A stretch of 40,848 nucleotides of DNA from an uncultured Candidatus Saccharibacteria bacterium (GTDB taxonomy: Bacteria > Patescibacteriota > Saccharimonadia > Saccharimonadales > CAZJQT01): the NCBI GenBank assembly GCA_964636215.1, contig CAZWRJ010000005.1, positions 1-40,848 on the forward strand. The letters are read 5' to 3'. Shown piece by piece: positions 33,778 to 40,848 of this stretch (the stretch's first letter is position 1; the number at the start of each line of letters is the position of its first letter). Below the pieces are notes generated by a model. It saw only the letters and a program-made list of their open reading frames with translations, was not told the DNA's origin and did no database searches. A program made the translations under genes and the position numbers.

Positions 33778-35910
33778 GTGTTAGACGACCTATTTAAGGG
33801 GCTAAATCCGGAGCAAAAAAGGGCAGTGGAGACCACCAATGGGCCATTGCTGATTCTAGCTGGTGCCGGTTCAGGCAAGACCAAAACGCTTACCCATCGA
33901 ATCGCCTATTTGATTGCCACCAAAAAAGCCACTCCGCCAAATATTTTGGCTGTGACTTTTACCAACAAAGCAGCCGGTGAAATGCGCCAAAGAGTAGCCG
34001 AGCTACTAGGTCAACGAGCAGAAGACAGATCTTTCATGCCATTTATGGGTACGTTTCACAGTATCTGTGTAAGGATATTGAGGCGTGACGCTGAACATGC
34101 CAATCTACCGCCTAATTTTGTAATTTTTGACGAAGACGACAGATTAGCAGCCATAAAACAAGCCAGTCGTGAGCTGATGCTTGATGACAAAGCTTTTCCA
34201 CCCAGAACCATAGCTAGTTTAATTAGCAGTGCCAAAAATGAACTGGTTAACCCGACTGATTACGATAATCTGGGTAGTGGCCCACTTCATAAGGCCTCAA
34301 GTAAAGTCTATCCATTGTATGAAAGAATTCTTAGGAACAATCATGCCCTGGATTTTGATGATCTGATTGGTAAAACAGTACTGTTACTGCAATCCAATCA
34401 AACCGTCAGGGAGCGCTGGCAAACACAACTTCAGTTCATAATGATCGACGAATACCAAGATACCAATACTGCCCAGTACAAACTTGTAAAATTGCTTACC
34501 AATAAAGCGCACAACATCGCAGTAGTTGGTGATGATTGGCAGAGTATCTACTCCTGGCGAGGGGCAGATTTTCGAAATATCCTAAATTTTGAAAAGGATT
34601 ACCCCAAAGCCACAGTTATAAAGCTCGAACAAAATTACCGTAGCACCAAAGCTATTCTGGACGCAGCTCACGCCGTAATTACTAAAAACCAAAAACGCTC
34701 CGAGAAAAAACTATGGACCAATGTTGACGGTGGCCAACCCGTCCAAATTGTTCAGGTGTCCAACGAAAGAGCTGAGGGCGAAACAATTATTAGACGTGTA
34801 AAAACAGCGGTTGATCTCAAAGCGCACCGTTACAAAGATTTTGCGGTGCTTTATAGAACCAATGCTCAGAGTCGGGCCATTGAAGAGAGCTTTGTGCGCT
34901 ACGGTATACCATACCGAATTGTCGGTGGCACCCGTTTTTATGACCGCAAGGAGATAAGAGATCTGATGGCCTATCTTCGACTGATTTATCAGCCAGAGGA
35001 TAAAGTTAGTTTTGCTCGCATCGTTAATGTGCCAGCTCGTGGTATTGGCGCCAAATCGCTGGAACAATTTTGGCAGTGGCAAACTGTCAATAGCCAGGAT
35101 CTATTAACAGCCTTATCAACCGTAAGTAATCATCCAGGTTTGACGCCAAAGGCTAAGAAAGGCTTAGGTGAGCTTGGTGATATTATCAGCCGATACCACG
35201 AGCTAAAGGATGAAACACCCTTGCCAAGTTTGCTCGATAGTTTAATTAGGCGTCTGGATTATTTAACCTATCTAGACGATCACACCCCCCAAGGAGAAGC
35301 TCGTCAAGAGAATGTTCGCGAGCTACTCAGTGTGGCCCAAAACTACCTAGACGTTGGACTAGACGGATTTTTAGAAGAAACCTCTCTGCTAAGTGATGTC
35401 GATACTGCTAATTTCGATGATGACGCCGTAGTATTAATGACGCTCCATAGTGCCAAAGGCCTAGAGTTTCCGGTAGTATTTATGATTGGAATGGAAGAGA
35501 CCATCTTTCCACACTCCAGATCGCTATATGACCAGGCCGAAATGGAAGAAGAAAGACGGCTTTGTTATGTGGGCATGACTCGGGCTAAGGAAGAACTTTA
35601 TCTACTACATGCCACTAGTCGATTACTTTATGGTGGCCAACAACATAATCCGCCTTCACGTTTTTTGTCTGAAATCGAGGGTGAAGTCCAACTTGGTTCT
35701 AGATTTGACGAATTAATGCAAACACCAACAGCAGACGAGAATGAACAGCGTTACTTACCGGAACTTAACGAAGGAGATGGTGTGAAACACAGTGTTTTCG
35801 GTATGGGCACGATACTGGAAATGGAAGGTGATACAGCGACGATTTACTTTAAGGGGAAAGGCACTAAGAAGATAAATATTGCCTTTGCTCCGCTGGAAAA
35901 AATGGAATGA
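33778..35910 (+). CDS. pcrA: ATP-dependent DNA helicase PcrA/UvrD family
   Basis: Walker A AGAGSGKT, motif [40 protein letters not shown] and [12 protein letters not shown] start. Confidence 0.9.
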   Translation: MLDDLFKGLNPEQKRAVETTNGPLLILAGAGSGKTKTLTHRIAYLIATKKATPPNILAVTFTNKAAGEMRQRVAELLGQRAEDRSFMPFMGTFHSICVRILRRDAEHANLPPNFVIFDEDDRLAAIKQASRELMLDDKAFPPRTIASLISSAKNELVNPTDYDNLGSGPLHKASSKVYPLYERILRNNHALDFDDLIGKTVLLLQSNQTVRERWQTQLQFIMIDEYQDTNTAQYKLVKLLTNKAHNIAVVGDDWQSIYSWRGADFRNILNFEKDYPKATVIKLEQNYRSTKAILDAAHAVITKNQKRSEKKLWTNVDGGQPVQIVQVSNERAEGETIIRRVKTAVDLKAHRYKDFAVLYRTNAQSRAIEESFVRYGIPYRIVGGTRFYDRKEIRDLMAYLRLIYQPEDKVSFARIVNVPARGIGAKSLEQFWQWQTVNSQDLLTALSTVSNHPGLTPKAKKGLGELGDIISRYHELKDETPLPSLLDSLIRRLDYLTYLDDHTPQGEARQENVRELLSVAQNYLDVGLDGFLEETSLLSDVDTANFDDDAVVLMTLHSAKGLEFPVVFMIGMEETIFPHSRSLYDQAEMEEERRLCYVGMTRAKEELYLLHATSRLLYGGQQHNPPSRFLSEIEGEVQLGSRFDELMQTPTADENEQRYLPELNEGDGVKHSVFGMGTILEMEGDTATIYFKGKGTKKINIAFAPLEKME

Positions 35911-36368
35911 AGAACTTGAGAATATTCTTTGGCCGGATTGGTTTTTGGCTAGGCTGGCCGATTTGGTTTTTTATGCTGAGATACAGCCAAAGAACTAGAG
36001 TGTTAATAGTGAGCGGCAAGCAAGTACTAGTTGTGCGTAGCTGGAATGGGGACCCGCGCTGGGAATTACCAGGTGGCGGCATCAGGCGAGGCGAATCACC
36101 AACTAGAGCCGCTGCTCGCGAAGTTCTCGAAGAAACTGGCGTAGTACTAGACCCAGCTAAACTTAGATCACTCGGACAGGCAACCACTAGTCAATTTGGT
36201 CTAAAATTTAATTTCGAAAGGTTTGTGGTCGTACTTGGTGATCTGCCAACACCCAAGGCCAAAAGCCTGGACGTTATTGAAGCTGTTTGGTTACCACTTG
36301 AGGATGCTAAAGCTAATGCGGCTCCCTACTTTTTAGACCTGCTCGGCGCCTGGAAAGGTGATGTCTAA
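35907..36368 (+). CDS. NUDIX hydrolase with an N-terminal hydrophobic segment
   Basis: Nudix box [24 protein letters not shown]. It overlaps the pcrA stop by 4 nt. Confidence 0.8.
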   Translation: MKNLRIFFGRIGFWLGWPIWFFMLRYSQRTRVLIVSGKQVLVVRSWNGDPRWELPGGGIRRGESPTRAAAREVLEETGVVLDPAKLRSLGQATTSQFGLKFNFERFVVVLGDLPTPKAKSLDVIEAVWLPLEDAKANAAPYFLDLLGAWKGDV

Positions 36369-36386
36369 TCTGTTAGAATAAACATT

Positions 36387-36415
36387 GCCGCTTTAAATCA
36401 GAGCGGCGGTTTGTA
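36387..36415 (+). terminator. putative intrinsic terminator
   Basis: GCCGCT-(9 nt)-AGCGGC followed by GGTTTGTATATT. The stem is short, so support is moderate. Confidence 0.4.
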
Positions 36416-36417
36416 TA

Positions 36418-37680
36418 TTGAATATGAGAAAAAAATCAGCCATATCCCGGCTAACGTCCAAAGAACTACATAAGCATCCTTTTGTCATACCGGTCATCAC
36501 ATTGCTTGGCCTGTGTTTTTTGACTATGGTTGGTGGTATTTTTTTGAGTGGCCGATCAGCTAATCTAGGAGATTCGCACGTGGTACAGCTATCGGCTGAT
36601 GGTAATCGGCAAGTACTACCTACCACTTCCACCACAGTCGGCCAGTTTCTAGAACGGGCCAAAATAACTTTACATGAAGGTGATGTGGTTGAACCGGCAC
36701 CAGACACACCAATAGACGCTGATGACTTCCGGATTAATGTATATCGGGCTCAACCAGTAACCATTATTGATGGCGAGCATCGTATTCAATCGCTTAGTGC
36801 TGCCACTACACCACGTAGCATAGTGGCTCAGGCCGGGCTCAAAGTCTATCCAGAAGATGGTGTTGATAAAGTAGTGCCAGATAGCGACATTCTCAAAGAA
36901 CAAGTAATCGGCACACAGATTGTCATAACTAGATCGGTGCCAGTTAATCTTAATCTTTATGGCACACCTGTGGTGGTCCGGACTCACGTTAAAACTATCC
37001 GAGATTTGTTGGCCGAGAAGCAAGTAGTTCTGGCTGCTGGCGATAAAGTCCAGCCAAGTTTAGGTACTAAACTGAAGCCCAACATGCAGGTTTTTATCAC
37101 TCGCTTTGGCATCAAAATAAAGACAGTTAAAAAGCCCATTCCACCAAATATAAAGTACGTTGATGACAATAGTCTGAGCTTTGGCACCACCGCTATTCGC
37201 CAGAAGGGCAGTCCCGGCCAGAGTCTAATAACTTATCAGGTGACTCTGAAAAATGGTAAGGAAATTAGTCGCACCAAAATTCAGGAAGTCAGAGTTGAAG
37301 ACCCAGTACCGGAAATAATTGCCCGCGGCAAAGCCATCTACATCCCGGCCGATAAAAGCCAATTAATGGCCACTGCCGGTATACGATCCAGTGATTATCC
37401 TTACGCCAACTACATAATTAGTCACGAATCGGGCTGGTGCCCAACCAAATGGCAAGGTCAAGTCGGTTATTGCCCACCATACTATGAGTCAATTCACTCC
37501 CCGGATAGCGGCTATGGCTATGGACTGTGTCAAGCTACCCCAGGCAGTAAAATGTCGACCGCTGGTAGTGATTGGCAAACTAGTGCTGTAACTCAACTAA
37601 GATGGTGCAGTGGCTATGCCGGACGTTATGGTGGTTGGGCCGGTGCCTATAATTTCTGGATTGGTCACGGGTATTGGTAA
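36418..37680 (+). CDS. RpfB-like wall protein: TM anchor, 3 x DUF348, G5, C-terminal Cys-rich lysozyme-like (Apf/transglycosylase-like) domain
   Basis: DUF348-like repeats (e.g. VQLSADGNRQVLPTTSTTVGQFL). G5 block (KYVDDNSLSFGTTAIRQKGSPGQSLITYQVTLKNGKE). C-terminus SHESGW...GYGLCQ...RYGGWAGAYNFWIGHGYW. Start is TTG 36418 or ATG 36424. Confidence 0.75.
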   Translation: MNMRKKSAISRLTSKELHKHPFVIPVITLLGLCFLTMVGGIFLSGRSANLGDSHVVQLSADGNRQVLPTTSTTVGQFLERAKITLHEGDVVEPAPDTPIDADDFRINVYRAQPVTIIDGEHRIQSLSAATTPRSIVAQAGLKVYPEDGVDKVVPDSDILKEQVIGTQIVITRSVPVNLNLYGTPVVVRTHVKTIRDLLAEKQVVLAAGDKVQPSLGTKLKPNMQVFITRFGIKIKTVKKPIPPNIKYVDDNSLSFGTTAIRQKGSPGQSLITYQVTLKNGKEISRTKIQEVRVEDPVPEIIARGKAIYIPADKSQLMATAGIRSSDYPYANYIISHESGWCPTKWQGQVGYCPPYYESIHSPDSGYGYGLCQATPGSKMSTAGSDWQTSAVTQLRWCSGYAGRYGGWAGAYNFWIGHGYW

Positions 37681-37730
37681 CATTCCGCTCAAGCTTGCAC
37701 CAAAATGCTTCTAGTATAGAGTAGGCATAT

Positions 37731-38519
37731 ATGAAGGAAATAACTCCTAAAAAATCACTTGGTCAGTATTGGCTGAATGACCCTGATGCTATAAAAGCCA
37801 TATGTAAGGCGGGGCAGGTGGACACAAAAGACACTGTGCTAGAGATTGGACCAGGGACAGGCACCCTTACTCGGCAGCTCGTAAAACTAGCTGGACAGGT
37901 TATTGCCGTAGAATTTGATGAAAATCTGGCAGGTAAACTGTCTGAGCAAGGATTTCCTAGTAACCTACAAATCATTAAAAGCGATATTCTAAAATTCAAC
38001 CTAACGAGTTTGCCTGCTGGCTACAAAATTGTGGCCAATATCCCTTACTATTTGACCAGTAAGCTTCTCCGAGTTTTATCCGAGACTTCCAATCAGCCTA
38101 GTAAGGTGGTGCTACTTGTTCAAAAAGAGGTAGCCGAAAGAGTAGCAGCTAAGCCTGGCGATATGTCACTGCTTAGTGTTAGCGCTCAGTTTTACTGGAA
38201 AATAAGCCTTGGCCAAGTAGTGCCAGCTTGTCTATTTACGCCACCGCCAAAAGTGGATTCCCAGATTTTAATTATGGACCAGAGGGAAGGACCACTGTTT
38301 TCCGGCGTGGATACTAAACTATTATTTAGAGTGGTAAAAGCCGGTTTTAGTGCACGTCGTAAAACCCTTCTCAACTCTTTAAGCGATGGGTTAAAGCTAG
38401 ACAAAGACCGAACCAACCACATTCTGAGCAAATCACATATTTCGGCCACAGCTCGAGCTCAAACTTTAAATTTAGAAGACTGGCATCGCTTAAGCCAAGC
38501 CTACCAAACCGTATTATAA
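37731..38519 (+). CDS. rsmA: 16S rRNA (adenine1518/1519-N6)-dimethyltransferase
   Basis: SLGQYWL, SAM motif VLEIGPGTGTLT, NIPYYLTS and C-terminal FSARRKTL. Confidence 0.9.
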   Translation: MKEITPKKSLGQYWLNDPDAIKAICKAGQVDTKDTVLEIGPGTGTLTRQLVKLAGQVIAVEFDENLAGKLSEQGFPSNLQIIKSDILKFNLTSLPAGYKIVANIPYYLTSKLLRVLSETSNQPSKVVLLVQKEVAERVAAKPGDMSLLSVSAQFYWKISLGQVVPACLFTPPPKVDSQILIMDQREGPLFSGVDTKLLFRVVKAGFSARRKTLLNSLSDGLKLDKDRTNHILSKSHISATARAQTLNLEDWHRLSQAYQTVL

Positions 38520-38546
38520 GTCCCCTGCACCACCACAAATTAATAC

Positions 38547-38575
38547 TTGACGTGTTAAGTATCCAGGCATATACT
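38547..38575 (+). promoter_or_regulatory. candidate promoter of the MarR-MFS operon, overlapped by an imperfect palindrome
   Basis: TTGACG (38547-38552), a 17-nt spacer and TATACT (38570-38575). The palindrome ATACTT-N8-AAGTAT (38543-38562) covers the -35. Confidence 0.45.
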
Positions 38576-38600
38576 TTGGTAAAGGAGTTAAAAGTCATCC

Positions 38601-39068
38601 ATGGGCCCGACAAACACAATTGGTTACCTGCTCCAGCACTTGTCTGGTGTCTTGGCTAAGCAATCTGACCAAGTATTACTTGAACGACTAGGGATTGGCT
38701 TCTCCCAGTTCAAAATCTTGATGGTTCTGGAGCGTAATCCTCACATTCAGCAACATGTGATTGCCGAACGTCTGGGGCAAACCGAAGCTAGTATTAGCCG
38801 CCAAATAAAGCTGATGCACGAAAAAGGGCTGCTACAAACCACCGTTAGTCCTAACAATCGACGTCAACATTTGACCTCGCCAACAGCCAAAGGGCTTAGG
38901 CTGAACGAAGAGGCGCTCCGAATTTTGAACAACTATCATTCACAGATGTTTGATAGCCTAGGGGACAAAAAGAGACAACAGCTCATGGAGTCACTAACGC
39001 AAATGCATCAGTTCACCTGCCAGGCTGGCAAAACTGGAGCCTGTGATCACCCCTTAAATAACACTTAA
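38601..39068 (+). CDS. MarR-family transcriptional regulator
   Basis: 155 aa. The winged-helix region (FKILMVLERNPHIQQHVIAERLGQTEASISRQIKLMHEKGLL...NRRQHLTSPT) fits the MarR pattern. AAAGGAG SD. Confidence 0.8.
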   Translation: MGPTNTIGYLLQHLSGVLAKQSDQVLLERLGIGFSQFKILMVLERNPHIQQHVIAERLGQTEASISRQIKLMHEKGLLQTTVSPNNRRQHLTSPTAKGLRLNEEALRILNNYHSQMFDSLGDKKRQQLMESLTQMHQFTCQAGKTGACDHPLNNT

Positions 39069-39080
39069 TGCACAAGAGTA

Positions 39081-40403
39081 ATGCCTATGAAAAATATTAA
39101 AGAAAAAATGTCCGGAAAAGCCCTACCAATTGTCATAATGACAATCTTTTTAGATGTGCTTGGTGTCGGTATTTTGATACCTATAATCCCGCAGTTACTA
39201 GCCAATCCAAACTCAGCTTATTATCTTTTGCCAGCTGGTTGGACATTCAAGGGCGGACTTATTTTACTTGGCTGGTTACTAGCTATTTATCCGTTTATGC
39301 AGTTCTTGGCCACGCCTATTTTAGGTCAATTATCTGATCGCTATGGCCGAAAGCCAGTGTTAGCTTTTAGTATTTTTGGCACAGCCGTTGGCTACATTTT
39401 ATTTGCGATCGGAATCTTAACCCAAAACCTACCATTACTGTTCTTTAGTCGTGCTCTTGACGGTATAACGGGAGGTAATTTAAGCGTCGCGCAGGCCGTT
39501 ATTGCTGATGTAACACCCATGAAAGATCGTGCTAAAAGGTTTGCTCTAATCGGTGCGGCCTTTGGTTTCGGATTTGTGCTTGGGCCATATCTGGGCGCCA
39601 AACTAGGCAGTCCGAATGTTAGCTTCTTTGGTTTGTTCCACAGCCCCAGCTGGTTTAGTCCAGCCACGCCTTTCTGGTTTACTGCCGGACTTAGTTTCAT
39701 TAACTTCCTATTGGTAGTTACACTTTTGCCGGAAACCCACAAACAACTGCGTCGCGTCAAAGTAAAAATCACCAAATCAGTCCACAACATCGTAACAGCT
39801 ATGTCTTACCCAGGGCTTAGAGTGATTTTTCCTTCGGTGTTTCTTTTCTGGGGCGGGTTTGCCTTCTTCCAAACATTCTTCCAAGTACTTTTGATTCAAA
39901 AACTGCACTTTAGCCAGAATAATATCGGCGACTTCTTCGCCTACGTTGGTATTTGGATTGCACTCGTTCAAGCAGTCTTTACGCCGATGATCGCGAAACG
40001 ATTAAAACCTTATCAAGTGGTCCGTTTTAGTCTGATTGGTTCCGGGCTAACCTTGTTTATGTATCTAATGGCTTCTAGTGCAAGTGATTTGATCTGGATT
40101 ACTCCAATATTTGCATTCTTCCTTGGTAACTCCATCGCCAACCTCACGGCTCTTGTCAGTATATCGGCCGATCAAAATATCCAGGGTGAAGTTTTGGGAA
40201 TCAACGCATCAGTTCAATCCCTGGCTCAGTTCTTCCCAGCAGCTCTCAGTGGGTACTTGGCTGGAATAGGGGTGAGCGTGCCTGTCTTGGCTGGAGGTAT
40301 AACGGTGCTTATGGGTGGATTATTGTTCATAGCCATTTACCGTCCACCACATCATCTTTTGCATCAAGATTACGGCACCCCCGCTACCTCAGCCGGACAC
40401 TAG
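39081..40403 (+). CDS. MFS transporter (drug:H+ antiporter / Tet-like)
   Basis: About 12 hydrophobic helices. MFS motif A GQLSDRYGRKPVL and a motif-C-like GAAFGFGFVLGP. Confidence 0.85.
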   Translation: MPMKNIKEKMSGKALPIVIMTIFLDVLGVGILIPIIPQLLANPNSAYYLLPAGWTFKGGLILLGWLLAIYPFMQFLATPILGQLSDRYGRKPVLAFSIFGTAVGYILFAIGILTQNLPLLFFSRALDGITGGNLSVAQAVIADVTPMKDRAKRFALIGAAFGFGFVLGPYLGAKLGSPNVSFFGLFHSPSWFSPATPFWFTAGLSFINFLLVVTLLPETHKQLRRVKVKITKSVHNIVTAMSYPGLRVIFPSVFLFWGGFAFFQTFFQVLLIQKLHFSQNNIGDFFAYVGIWIALVQAVFTPMIAKRLKPYQVVRFSLIGSGLTLFMYLMASSASDLIWITPIFAFFLGNSIANLTALVSISADQNIQGEVLGINASVQSLAQFFPAALSGYLAGIGVSVPVLAGGITVLMGGLLFIAIYRPPHHLLHQDYGTPATSAGH

Positions 40404-40438
40404 ACATAAGCACTATAAGAGTGTATAATATCTGTTAC

Positions 40439-40847
40439 GGGGCTGAATTTTAAGCTTGACGTTGGACTTTATCAGTTAGATCAGCAGGCCGCTTGTCAGC
40501 GTTATAGACAAACCACGAATAAGTGCAAATACACGAATTCGCGAATTTGTAGCTAGTATTAAGCAAAGTGCCGCAGCTTTTGTTGCCAGCTTTCGCCCAC
40601 TAGCTTCAGTTTCAGTTACAGCTTAATTACTGTAACCGCGCCTAGCACGACATCAGATAGCGCCAGTGCGTGTCATATCATCTGGTTGCACCAAGTGCTT
40701 GATTCGACAATTGGTTAAGAATTTGAATCAAACTGTGAAGCCTTTTGATCATTTTTACGCTTCGCAGTATTTAAATGATCTAAGCCTGTAGGAAAGACTA
40801 ACTAGGTAGACTAGCGGACCCGGGGGTAGTACCCGGCAGCTCCACCA
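40439..40847 (+). ncRNA. ssrA: tmRNA (SsrA)
   Basis: The 5' GGGGCTG pairs with the 3' CAGCTCC-ACCA, giving the G3:U70 alanine identity pair. A T-arm-like CCGGG-GGTAGTA-CCCGG follows. An internal open frame ends at TAA (40624-40626), which sits in the loop of hairpin GTTACAG-CTTAATTA-CTGTAAC. TATAAT at 40424-40429. Confidence 0.8.
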
Positions 40848-40848
40848 A

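Noticed and set aside
1-40848. CRISPR arrays, rRNA genes, transposases, integrases, and toxin-antitoxin or known defence-system genes
   Set aside because: No periodic repeat-spacer pattern, rRNA signatures or recombinase motifs were seen on either strand. None is reported.

Overview
Compact, low-GC window (about 43% G+C in one 60-nt line I counted by hand). It is mostly housekeeping genes from a reduced-genome, monoderm-type bacterium. The gene content is consistent with Saccharibacteria/CPR, but that is inference, not proof: an HTH-MurA fusion, sortase with LPNTG substrates, a DUF348/G5 wall hydrolase, REC-only regulators and scattered mur genes.

Core content: peptidoglycan precursor genes (murA, murB, murI, murD) interleaved with folate/one-carbon genes (glyA, folC, folA, folD); lower glycolysis (pyk, pgk, tpiA); pcrA, a NUDIX hydrolase, rsmA and a MarR+MFS pair; three tRNAs (Arg-UCG, Lys-CUU, Glu-UUC) and a tmRNA at the right edge.

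Accessory content: a sortase locus with large secreted proteins (8.2-13.1 kb), and a translationally coupled operon of a PaaK-like ligase, a ThiF-like E1, an Acg-nitroreductase/hydrolase fusion and a 7TM-GAF histidine kinase (18.2-24.9 kb).

The stand-out feature lies between the kinase and an LPNTG/PKD surface protein. It starts with about 0.5 kb of ORF-free DNA carrying a near-consensus promoter and a long hairpin. This is followed by a sharply bounded high-GC island of about 2 kb (about 25420-27445; 63-67% G+C in two lines counted). The island carries two actinobacterial-style genes, one for a 2-TM membrane protein and one for a secreted Thr/Pro-rich protein, and ends in unusual nested inverted repeats. 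I saw no integrase, transposase, CRISPR array or rRNA anywhere in the window.
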